A stretch of DNA of 64,000 bases from Deltaproteobacteria bacterium (GTDB lineage Bacteria; UBA10199; JACPAL01; JAHFST01): contig JAHFST010000014.1 of the NCBI GenBank assembly GCA_023265625.1, positions 8,005-72,004 on the forward strand. Direction: 5' to 3'. Made by a program: the position numbers and the translations under genes. The notes under the pieces are model-generated. The model saw nothing but the letters and a program-made list of their open reading frames with translations. It made no database searches and had not been told where the DNA came from. Of the stretch, positions 37,301-45,173 are shown in pieces; position 1 is the stretch's first letter; each line of letters starts with the position of its first letter.

Positions 37301-39992
37301 GGCTCCTGGATAAGATGGGGAGCATAAAACCGATGTGTCGCGCCACATCGCGCGTGATATTCAGCCCGCCATCCTGATTAATATTGTCCAACATCTGGGC
37401 GACCCTTGCCTCTAATTGATTGGAGGCGTCCAAGTTCCAAGTCTTTTCCGGGGTAGCCAAGTTACCGCCGTGAATGATCGGTTGCAGGACGATTGGGCGA
37501 CCATGACCTTTGGAACGTTGTTGCCAGATCGAGGCGACTCGTACCTCCATACCGGTGGCATAGGCATCAGTCACGATGCGAGCGGCATGAAGATTGGCAT
37601 AAGAAATTTCGCCATCTTTCCCAATTTTTGTGGGGGTTCGGTAATGGGAAAAACCGACCCCGGAACCATCGCGTGTTCCCGTAAAGTAAAACATCGATTC
37701 CTTGGTAAAGAGCAGCATTTCATAGAGCAGTTCCAAGACGGCATCGGCCCCCTTGGTGCGATCCAAAATCCCGGCCATGGCCTTTCCATAGGGACCGGCC
37801 AGGGGCATATCGGCGGCACCGCCCTGCATGAGTTGCGGCGTGGGTAGGCCCAAGGTTGCCATATAGACAAAGATGCGGAATTCCTCGATCCCGGTGTGAT
37901 TGGCGAGTGCTAGGATGGGCAGCAGATAATGTTGGAGTCTCTTAAAATATCCCTCAGGATAGACCTTGTGCTCCGGATCGGAGAGCTCCAGATCGGGTTC
38001 CGGGCTTTGGCGCAGGGTGAGGACCGCCTGATCCTGCAATCCATAAACGATTGTTTTGCCGCCAGTGCCCTTGCGGAACCCGGAACCGGCGGTGCTTGCC
38101 TTGGCATGGACATAATTTCTGTCGGTTGCCTTACGATCGGCCAAATTAAACCATTTGTTGATGGTATCGTTGAGGGTGAGCCCCAGCTCATCCCGTAGGA
38201 CGCCGAATTTATCCATGAAATCGGCCAGCCAGGAACGGACATCGTCCGGATTGATCCCGCGTGAGATGGCCTCTTCAAAGGCGGTGAAGACGTTGTTATC
38301 CGCGAACGAAATCCAGGAAGGCCGTGTGGGATGTTGGTGGATCTTGTACAAATCTTCCAGAAAAAGATTGATCACATAGGCCATCAACGCCATCTCGGCC
38401 TTGTTTTTGGAATTGCGGCTGTGAGGACGGGCACTGACATCCTCGCCACTGGCAAGTCCCTTCCAATATTTTATGTTATCCCTATGTTTTGTCTCCAACA
38501 GGGCCATGCACTCTGCAAAATAGTCCTGATGATCGGTAACGACGGGCTGTCCCGCCGCCGTGGCAAAGTTACTGAGGCGATTAAACTCGGCATGGAAACG
38601 TTCGACTTGGAACTGATAATCCAGCTCTTCACGCTCCAGGGTCAATTCTGTTTGTAGTTCTTGATGCCTCCAAGTGGCCGGGGCAATGTGTTTCAAAAAG
38701 GACTTCATTTCTTGCTGATAGGCGGTTTCTGTTTCTCGGTAATGGGCCACCGCCGTCGAGACGGAGTCGATGGCGGGAGAGTGCCATTGAATCTGTTTTT
38801 CGGGTTGATCAAAGGGGAACAGTTGTTCTCGGAAAAAGGTCAGGTCTTCTTCGTCCGTATCCAGGATTTGATAGCCGGCCAGCAGGCGCCCATAAACCCG
38901 CTTGGCATGGGCCGACAACAGGTCCAGTCGATGAAATTCTCCCCTATTTTTTTCCACATCCCGTGCGACTGTGGCCCAGCCGGTCAAGCTGTCAAAGACA
39001 TAGTTGGCCTCCAAGGCCAGGGCTTGACGTTTGAGGAAACCGACCACTTCCGGGTCGGGACTGGGGCCTGCTGCGTAGAGTTCCGCCTCGTGACGCGCCT
39101 CTAAAATGCTGAAGCGCAACGGATCAATGCCGCGGGAAGACAGATATTTGTTGTCGTAGATGGCCCGTTCGAGACGGTCTTTGGCCTCATTCAAAATCTT
39201 GGGGCTCGGTCGTCCACCCGCTGCTTCAATGGCCTTCAGGACCTCCTGATTAGACGCTTCGTAGCGATCATGAAGTTTTACGATCTGCGCTGCGGTTCTC
39301 ATGTAACTGTCACGTGCGGGCTGCGGCATCCGGGTGAGCTGATCCTGGTAATAGGCGTCCAGCGCGGTATCGTCGTGTTGTGCAGCCTCCATCATGCGCC
39401 GTTTTTCCTCGCGGCTGTTGGGTCGGGGGATCGCGGCTTGCACAGTGCGGGTGTGGCGGAAACAACCGGGTTCATTTTCAAAGGGCTTTTCAGGCGGTTG
39501 GATACCAATGGCCTGTCTGGTCTGCTCTAGTCCGAGTCCGATCGCATCACTCACCACTGTGCCACCGGGGCTGAGGGTGGGACTCCCGCCGCGACCCGGG
39601 ATGAAGCGACTGGGGAGCGGTATTTGGCCCGGCACCAGGTCTGTTGGGGCCGAGGCCATGACAAAGGCCTCCAGCGAGCCGCCTTGGGTCAAGCGTTGCA
39701 AGGTCATGGAGAGTTCGGACAGGGAAATTTCTGAAACACTGCTATCGGACAATGATCCTAAAAGGGCTCGGTCCATCACCCCCAAGAGGCGAAAACCAGA
39801 TTGGCCAGTTTGACCCAGGACGGTGTTTAATTCGAGACCGGCCTGCAGCAGGCTGGCCCGAACGGTCTCCGGGGCTACTCGTTCCGCCTCCCAGGTGCGG
39901 AGGGACGACAGAGTTGCCTGCGCCCACCCCGTGAAGCTTGCCGCTCCGATGGGAGGGGAGGCTGTTCCAGTGGTTGTTGGAAGCACACCCAT
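34311..39992 (-). CDS. giant orphan protein (1893 aa), no recognisable domain
   Basis: Uninterrupted 5.7-kb ORF with coding-like composition. Only short spurious ORFs lie on the opposite strand. No Walker A, HExxH or GxSxG found by eye. No signal peptide or TM seen. Confidence 0.75.
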   Translation of the reverse strand: MGVLPTTTGTASPPIGAASFTGWAQATLSSLRTWEAERVAPETVRASLLQAGLELNTVLGQTGQSGFRLLGVMDRALLGSLSDSSVSEISLSELSMTLQRLTQGGSLEAFVMASAPTDLVPGQIPLPSRFIPGRGGSPTLSPGGTVVSDAIGLGLEQTRQAIGIQPPEKPFENEPGCFRHTRTVQAAIPRPNSREEKRRMMEAAQHDDTALDAYYQDQLTRMPQPARDSYMRTAAQIVKLHDRYEASNQEVLKAIEAAGGRPSPKILNEAKDRLERAIYDNKYLSSRGIDPLRFSILEARHEAELYAAGPSPDPEVVGFLKRQALALEANYVFDSLTGWATVARDVEKNRGEFHRLDLLSAHAKRVYGRLLAGYQILDTDEEDLTFFREQLFPFDQPEKQIQWHSPAIDSVSTAVAHYRETETAYQQEMKSFLKHIAPATWRHQELQTELTLEREELDYQFQVERFHAEFNRLSNFATAAGQPVVTDHQDYFAECMALLETKHRDNIKYWKGLASGEDVSARPHSRNSKNKAEMALMAYVINLFLEDLYKIHQHPTRPSWISFADNNVFTAFEEAISRGINPDDVRSWLADFMDKFGVLRDELGLTLNDTINKWFNLADRKATDRNYVHAKASTAGSGFRKGTGGKTIVYGLQDQAVLTLRQSPEPDLELSDPEHKVYPEGYFKRLQHYLLPILALANHTGIEEFRIFVYMATLGLPTPQLMQGGAADMPLAGPYGKAMAGILDRTKGADAVLELLYEMLLFTKESMFYFTGTRDGSGVGFSHYRTPTKIGKDGEISYANLHAARIVTDAYATGMEVRVASIWQQRSKGHGRPIVLQPIIHGGNLATPEKTWNLDASNQLEARVAQMLDNINQDGGLNITRDVARHIGFMLPILSRSLLSGEEVKEALAGHGVSFTYEDGSPLSEGDMDYLMQKVNNCAVLWLQEEDASAMMDLAVAPAQNEAQKHREAELRALPREEQMYESWHGTYRHMVDRLTDMSPPPSYDTRGRREAKTIRTPEQLRLDRVMPPDRAKALLKGFPKQGTDTARRVLQEMVQRGASKGEKNVAHGTTTAFDGDGFLWDHVFEIEEDIPDILYREVVDWMTGPPRSVEDEEQFLSKITQFTEHINLRPEAVAFLIGYRAQTGKAPVLYSSTMESRIYEMAKNATKTPLARAFFNALLGIDFYGWREQDIENAIRQAIAEKKIITRTQIAEYVTSILNRYRAAHFDPLARGPGGEPLFTDAERHDIELILRNKGDVHCKYRGLCPYDDLADDRAVNAWHAVSANRRGESSEKRSLGLNPFGIMPTQVRVYQPERFTANPLERYIAVRSMGPQPDSHAKARLNRGRDGSVLSTLRAMERDGVGEVESPPQWTLVARARRTDKVKGLNDDPMTIPIRRKDTRGLYLESSRKAKDLAVATFNDLRAMAKPELESMARTARELAELLEQDGALIAGASPYRKKSAVERLRPKKGSFRPLMKQSEHTMLERAILLLKAEHRPRAHELLSDLLTKRLYNDQVHAVRQKPDYPKMERSGALDQLKTTLMWIGNLAQHQAAGAIGKDLPQSKAIQALLLIGTYALSLTSKSSREKNLLLRLARSITDKDYPMEPRKMVEAYGVVAKVLGPQLLNWAVEKLASDERVPAEVRLTLRRHQELIRGHIASVGDHLQEAVQGGYDGFLGAAHVFGGLKNAGKDMQEILKLGVGPAMQSLLVGVVNSIIDDIRTQRTARGEVAPTSDMEVGQQLLDRLLQEAILLSGGEQSLVGGFLQVTRIRMDEHGFEASIRRLARIFDDFEWPGLGDFVQNLIHIFFPSERNAYDILAALKDNQAKAQELLVHHAELFAREEDTEEGKARFKRLAEALWRHADPKDHETIRDMVKRAHKEAFIPKKTQAAA

Positions 39993-40048
39993 AGTTTTAA
40001 TTTATCCATGCCAGTCTTGAAGACCTGGAGCGGATAGATTTCCTCCCT

Positions 40049-40846
40049 TTATCCGGTTTTTTCCGTTTTGGCATTTGCGACTAGGATGCCCGAGTCAAAC
40101 AACAATACGCCGTCAAGCAGAGGGATGATGGTTGATTCATAATCGGTGTATAATTTTGCTCCATCGATCACCCCGGCCTCGAACTTCGCCAAAAGCTGGC
40201 AGCCTGTGTTCATGGCATCGGCAAGCTTTTTGGAGTCATAGGTGACCCCGATGTTGGCTTTGGGTAGTGCCAAGAGCCCCCGTGTCAGACCTCCTGCCAG
40301 TGCTCCTAAGAGCGGATTGGCTGTTGCAGCACCCACGGCAAGAGCTACCACGGGACCAGCAAATGCCTGGAGGTAACCCAGGAGTCCCGGCTTTGTGGCT
40401 CTGAGCAGTTTTAGCGGAGCCGCCCTTTTTGAGAAGTGTTTGACCGAGTCATGATCGGCGTTCATCACGAGCGTATTGATCAACATGGCGACAAACACAC
40501 CTTCCACGGTGGCATGAGCGCCAAACATGACGACATTGCCCACGCCGGCGAGACCCTGTGAGGCGGTGTCGGCAAAGGCGTGTCGTCCGGCCAACGCATT
40601 GACGCGGCGCTCTTCCGAGACGGATGCGAGCAGTTTGTGGCCTATTAGCGCAACCTGTTCATAGACATAACGGACCTTGGGATCAGTTGAATTCCCGGCC
40701 TTGCCAAAACGAGAGTTCATGGGGTCGACGACGTTTCTGGCCTCGATCGACTTACGGCCTCCGACAGACGCCGATTCGGCGACCCGTGTGAGGCCGCCCG
40801 CACCCATGCCGGTTAGGAACATAAAGCCACTTGTGAGATCCACCAT
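40049..40846 (-). CDS. hypothetical Gly/Ala-rich protein with glycine-zipper-like segment
   Basis: AAGGAGG SD. GPVVALAVGAATANPLLGALAGGLTRGLLAL. Confidence 0.6.
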   Translation of the reverse strand: MVDLTSGFMFLTGMGAGGLTRVAESASVGGRKSIEARNVVDPMNSRFGKAGNSTDPKVRYVYEQVALIGHKLLASVSEERRVNALAGRHAFADTASQGLAGVGNVVMFGAHATVEGVFVAMLINTLVMNADHDSVKHFSKRAAPLKLLRATKPGLLGYLQAFAGPVVALAVGAATANPLLGALAGGLTRGLLALPKANIGVTYDSKKLADAMNTGCQLLAKFEAGVIDGAKLYTDYESTIIPLLDGVLLFDSGILVANAKTEKTG

Positions 40847-40918
40847 AAAAATTCCTCCTTTTTCGTTCAGTTTATGACCGCCCTATGTTTATTATCGGCA
40901 GTCGGTGTTATTAGTTGC

Positions 40919-42187
40919 TTAGCCTGTTCTCAAAGTTTGATTTCCCTCATATGCTACCCATTTTTGAAGCTGACGGACGACCTCTTTAGCCGCTTCATAA
41001 CTGTCCGATTGGGCCATCAGGGGGGGTGGAGACCTGAGACCCAAATTGTCCAATATCCTCTGGGCTGCCTCGTTGTTTCGCTCCGAGTAAGTCAAAACGG
41101 GGAGAAGATGGACTCCGAGATTGCCGAATCGACCTTTCGAGCCATTTGACAGTTCCTTGTGAAAGTCCTTATGATCATGGTTTCTGGCGCCTTCCACCCA
41201 CGCCGGCAGATGAAACGGCCCCTTTTTCTTTCTTGTTAAGGTTTGCCACCACCCTGCTTTTTCAAGAGGATACATGGCGTTTGAAGGAGACAGTAAGATG
41301 ACTGGATTTTCGGTGGGACGTTCGTCGATTTGTAAATGAGCGAGGGCGCGAAGGGTATGGCGAACGCCATCACGGATCCCGATCAGGACCAGTGGTTTCC
41401 CGGGATAGAGCTCCACTTTTTCTTCCATCAGGGCGATATGCGCCTTTGTTGGAGCTTCCATGGCCCATTTCTTTTGAATCCCGGCCTGCCGCAACCCCCC
41501 TTTGTTTGACATTAGCGGGTCATAGGGACTGCCGATCAACGCAACATCAAATCCGTGAAAGTCATTGGACAACATCCGGGCCAATCTGTGAAAATCGTTG
41601 GGGAGGGCGAAATCAGGAAGGGCGACAATTACGCGGCCGCGCGTCTCATTCCTGGGTCGCGCCGCGGCTGCGGCGGGGCGATAGATCGGGAGTCCCGCTA
41701 TCCGTCTCATCGTAAAACCGGTCTTTTCGCAGGCCGCTTTCAATAGGGTGTTGTCCGATCTCGAGACGACGTTTTGGATATCGGCCAGCAAGCGGTTGGC
41801 GTGACGAATGACCAAACCTTGGCGCGTGAACCAATAGAGCACTCGTAAAAATCCGAATATTGCGGCGCTGGTGATGAGCCAAGAGATCAGGTGAGACTGC
41901 CCCATCGCCCCATTAAAATTCGCCACCGCCGCATCCACCTGATGCCCCACCGTTGACGCATGGTGTTGCAACTCCGGCACCTTTCCCAACTGCCCATCAA
42001 GGAGCCGTCCCAGCTCGGTGTCACTTGGGCCGGACAAGGCCTGTTTATAAAAATCGTCAAAGTTCGGGACCTTACCCGGGGCCTCCTGGCCAAGTGCCAC
42101 CCCGCTGGTGAACAGTGTAAGCGCACCAGCCACCGCTTTGCCGTGCTGCGTTGCGAGCGACTGCGTCAATTTTCCCGTAAAATTCAT
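40919..42187 (-). CDS. hypothetical membrane-associated protein (422 aa)
   Basis: N-terminal hydrophobic stretch AVAGALTLFTSGVALG, TM LISWLITSAAIFGFLRVLYWF. The C-terminal globular part is unassigned. Confidence 0.6.
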   Translation of the reverse strand: MNFTGKLTQSLATQHGKAVAGALTLFTSGVALGQEAPGKVPNFDDFYKQALSGPSDTELGRLLDGQLGKVPELQHHASTVGHQVDAAVANFNGAMGQSHLISWLITSAAIFGFLRVLYWFTRQGLVIRHANRLLADIQNVVSRSDNTLLKAACEKTGFTMRRIAGLPIYRPAAAAARPRNETRGRVIVALPDFALPNDFHRLARMLSNDFHGFDVALIGSPYDPLMSNKGGLRQAGIQKKWAMEAPTKAHIALMEEKVELYPGKPLVLIGIRDGVRHTLRALAHLQIDERPTENPVILLSPSNAMYPLEKAGWWQTLTRKKKGPFHLPAWVEGARNHDHKDFHKELSNGSKGRFGNLGVHLLPVLTYSERNNEAAQRILDNLGLRSPPPLMAQSDSYEAAKEVVRQLQKWVAYEGNQTLRTG

Positions 42188-42251
42188 AGCACTTATAGGA
42201 TCGGCAGGTTTGGGGAAAGGTTGCTAAAAAATCGGTTTTTTTTGAAAAAAA
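42090..42251. repeat. copy A of a duplicated ~160-bp segment (5' end of the 422-aa gene plus upstream control region)
   Basis: Aligns with 45003-45163. The non-coding core 42200-42251 is nearly identical between copies. Confidence 0.8.
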
Positions 42252-42334
42252 GTAAAAGTTGCCCGGAAGGTGTGACGGCACAAAAATGATCGACTTCGGT
42301 GGGATTTTAGATAAACAAATAGGGGGGGATTAAA

Positions 42335-42667
42335 ATGAAGCTGCCAAATTCTGAGTTGGTTCTCGTCGAGAAAGATAAAATTGTGAATTATCTTCTTTGT
42401 GCGGACCATCCTGATGGTGGTAGCAAGGCAAGGTTCTTTCAACGTTTTGGCTTTACTATAGGGGAATGGCCTGCTTTGGTACAAGCGCTGAGCAGGCATG
42501 GGCAGGAGAACGAGGTGATCATTAAGGTAGAATCTTCTTATGGGATGCGTTACACTGTTGAAGGATTGATTGAAGCACCGGATGGGCGTAAGCCTAGGAT
42601 ACGTACGGTATGGATTATAGAAAAAGAGGAGAAAAGGCCTCGTCTAATCACGGCTCATCCAGCATAG
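42335..42667 (+). CDS. DUF6883-like protein
   Basis: MKLPNSE..., DKIVNYLLCADHPDGGSKARFF..., GMRYTVEG..., RTVWIIEKEEKRPRLITAHP match my recollection of the DUF6883 family pattern. GGGGGGA SD. Confidence 0.6.
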   Translation: MKLPNSELVLVEKDKIVNYLLCADHPDGGSKARFFQRFGFTIGEWPALVQALSRHGQENEVIIKVESSYGMRYTVEGLIEAPDGRKPRIRTVWIIEKEEKRPRLITAHPA

Positions 42668-42678
42668 GGGGTGTTAAA

Positions 42679-42915
42679 ATGAAGGAACATGACCGAGTTG
42701 TTCTGAAGTGTGAATTGCCTGACCAAGGCCTAGAAGCTGGTGACGTAGGAACGATTGTACATATTTATAAAAATGGTGAGGCCTTTGAGGTCGAATTTGT
42801 TTCTCTTGATGGGGAAACAACAGTCCTGGCTACCGTTTCTTCTTCACAGGTGCGTTCCGTGCATAGGCGTGAAATTACTCATGCACGGCAGATGGAAACC
42901 AATCTTACAACATAG
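42679..42915 (+). CDS. DUF4926-like protein
   Basis: DRVVLKCELPDQGLEAGDVGTIVHIYKNGEAFEVEF matches the family pattern as I recall it. Paired with the DUF6883 gene. Confidence 0.6.
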   Translation: MKEHDRVVLKCELPDQGLEAGDVGTIVHIYKNGEAFEVEFVSLDGETTVLATVSSSQVRSVHRREITHARQMETNLTT

Positions 42916-42916
42916 C

Positions 42917-43287
42917 TCAGCAAATGTCTGTTGTACGTAGCAAAATGGATCCATTGAAATAATCGTCCAACGCCTTTTGGGTAATCGCACACAGCACGCG
43001 TTTTTTGCCGTCATTCCCGTTGAACAAAACAGCATCCCGATCAAGGTTGTACCGCTCCTTGGTTCCGAGAATACGAGCTTTCGTTGGTCCACCATGCCCA
43101 AGGTTGTCAGGATGACCATGACAGAGGATAGCTGGATGTCTTTCTCGCCATTCTCAAAACGCGAGAGGGTAGGCGTGCTGACACCGGCCAGTAGCGCCAA
43201 CTGTTTTTGTGTCAGCCGCTCTGCCTTGCGTCTTTGCTTCGCCTCTTCGACAAGTGCTGGCCAGTTAATTTGAAACTGCCGTTCCAT
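42917..43287 (-). pseudogene. XRE-type HTH + DUF1488-like gene disrupted by a frameshift near 43060
   Basis: From ATG 43287 (GGAGAAACG SD): MERQ...LTQKQLALLAGVSTPTLSRFENGEKD...LVFSEPRS. The alternative frame then continues ERYNLDRDAVLFNGNDGKKRVLCAITQKALDDYFNGS...* and stops at 42917. Confidence 0.55.
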
Positions 43288-43716
43288 CGTTTCTCCAATC
43301 GTTCCAACAATTGATCCCGCAATCCCTTCGGCCCGATGACTGACTTTGCCAAGGCGTGCATGGCGGATGAAAGCCAGGATGCGCCGGAAGAGACGATCCG
43401 CTTCGGCCGGAATGGACCCCGGTGTTTTCATAATGAAGCGGCCCATGTCTTCGTAAGCGCCCTGATATTTGTCGTCCGAAAAATGTCCCAAGAGTTGGTT
43501 GAATTCCTCGAAATGAATGCGCTTTCCCGATGCACTTCTGTCAAACCGGGGGATCACGAGTGCCTCCTCCTTGATGGAGGGTATTTTGGCGATTTCCATC
43601 TCCACCACATCGTCATTGGGCAAGAGTTTGCGCACGACGAGGCTGATGAGATATTCCAGGGCCATCAGGTGGGCCAGATGGCCAGACGCCAGCTTCTTGC
43701 GCTGGACACCGGACAA
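43288..43716 (-). pseudogene. hipA-like kinase fragment (middle part only)
   Basis: SLSGVQRKK, IPRFDR, IHFEEFNQLLG, KYQGAYED and ADRLFRRIL resemble HipA. The N-terminus and the catalytic DxHxKN region are missing. Fused in frame to the next gene. Confidence 0.5.
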
Positions 43717-43792
43717 AGAGGCCCTGCAGCCAATACACTTTATTAAAATAAAATATTGATTAAAACAAAATTATACTTTAATATACCCAAGT

Positions 43793-44971
43793 ATGTATAT
43801 TAAAAGAGAAATTTCAGATTATTTACAGAATCTTGCCAATCATTTTCCCGCGGTGATCCTGACCGGGGCCCGGCAAACGGGGAAGACCACCCTGCTCCAA
43901 CATCTATTTCCGCAACACCGCTTTGTGAGTCTTGACCTCCCTCAATTGGCCGAACTTGCCGAAAAAAACCCGCAGGAATTCTTCACGCAATATCCGCCAC
44001 CGGTGATCATTGATGAAATCCAATACGCCCCGGGACTGTTTCGTCACTTAAAGATCCTGTTGGATAAGTCACGACATCAGAAAGGCCGTTTTCTGCTGAC
44101 CGGTTCGCAAAAATTCAGCTTAATGAAAGAGGTTTCAGAGAGCCTGGCAGGACGCTGCGCCATTTTGGAATTAGACACCCTTTCGGCCCAGGAATTCCAA
44201 ACAACCCGCACAATGGATCCTGTTTCATGGTTGCAATTTCTGCTCCGTGGCGGATTCCCTGAACTGGCCGTCGAGCCCAATCTTCCGGCGGCTGATTTCT
44301 ACCGATCCTATGTGGCCACTTATTTGGAGCGCGACGTGCGATCTCTTTTGCAAATTGGCAACCTTCGGGATTTCGATCGTTTCATTCGGATGTGTGCGGC
44401 ACGCTGCGCACAATTGCTCAATTTAAGCGAACTGGCAAAAGACATCGGCATTTCCCCACCGACGGCCAAACAGTGGCTGTCCGTCTTGCAGGCCTCCAAC
44501 CAAATAGACCTGCTCGAACCCCACCTGCCCAACCGTGGCCAGCGCTTGGTAAAAACCCCTAAACTCTACTTCCGCGATACGGGCCTGCTTTGTTTTCTCT
44601 TGGGCCTCTCATCCGCCGAACAATTCCTCAACACCCCCTTGAGCGGCGCTATCTGGGAAAATTTCGTCTACGGCCAGCTCTCACGCGGGCTCCGGACACA
44701 CTCCACCGCCACCACCCTCTGGTTCTGGCGTGACACCTACGGACTGGAGGCCGACTTCCTGCTCGATCATGGCGACCGATTCACCTTGGTGGAGGCGAAA
44801 TGGCAAGAGCAGCCAGGAACAAAAGATGCCAAAAATCTGGAAAAAATCATCCCTCTTCTGGAAAAGTCCCGCCCTGTAAAAGGAATGATCCTGTGCCGAA
44901 CACCCCATTCCTATCCTCTCACCAAGACAACAACTGTCCAAAATGGCTTTTTGCAGACACCGCTCATTTGA
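43793..44971 (+). CDS. AAA-family ATPase with DUF4143-type C-terminal domain
   Basis: Walker A GARQTGKTT, Walker B VIIDEIQ. Size and overall pattern match AAA_14/DUF4143 proteins. AT-rich upstream junction. Confidence 0.75.
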   Translation: MYIKREISDYLQNLANHFPAVILTGARQTGKTTLLQHLFPQHRFVSLDLPQLAELAEKNPQEFFTQYPPPVIIDEIQYAPGLFRHLKILLDKSRHQKGRFLLTGSQKFSLMKEVSESLAGRCAILELDTLSAQEFQTTRTMDPVSWLQFLLRGGFPELAVEPNLPAADFYRSYVATYLERDVRSLLQIGNLRDFDRFIRMCAARCAQLLNLSELAKDIGISPPTAKQWLSVLQASNQIDLLEPHLPNRGQRLVKTPKLYFRDTGLLCFLLGLSSAEQFLNTPLSGAIWENFVYGQLSRGLRTHSTATTLWFWRDTYGLEADFLLDHGDRFTLVEAKWQEQPGTKDAKNLEKIIPLLEKSRPVKGMILCRTPHSYPLTKTTTVQNGFLQTPLI

Positions 44972-45002
44972 TGAGAGTTAGAAGATAAATGGAAGGTCAT
45001 TG

Positions 45003-45163
45003 CCAAATGCCACCCCGCTGGTGAGCAGCGTGCCTACCCCGACGGCCAGTTTGTCGCGCTGCGTTGCGAGCACCTGCGTCACATTTTTCGTGTCAAACAC
45101 AACACTTAAGCATCGGCAGGTTTGGGGAAAGGGTGCTAAAAAATTGGTTTTGTTTGAAAAAAA
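45003..45163. repeat. copy B of the duplicated segment (truncated 5' gene remnant plus control region)
   Basis: The minus strand reads ..VTQVLATQRDKLAVGVGTLLTSGVAFGN, versus KLTQSLATQHGKAVAGALTLFTSGVALGQ in copy A. The ATG is lost. Confidence 0.8.
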
Positions 45164-45173
45164 TTTTTGCGAA

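Noticed and set aside
36000-38000. Weak kinase-like HRDNIKYW and G-rich GTGGKT strings inside the 1893-aa protein
   Set aside because: These are isolated short matches without the accompanying motifs: no DFG/APE, and the spacing does not fit Walker A GxxxxGK[ST]. They are most likely chance matches in a very long protein.
42200-42225. sigma54-like GG...TTGCT motif in the duplicated control element (TTTGGGGAAAGGTTGCT; also at 45112-45140)
   Set aside because: GG-to-GC spacing is one nucleotide short of the strict GG-N10-GC requirement, and the TGGCAC half is poor. An extended -10 sigma70 reading fits better, so I do not call it a sigma54 promoter.
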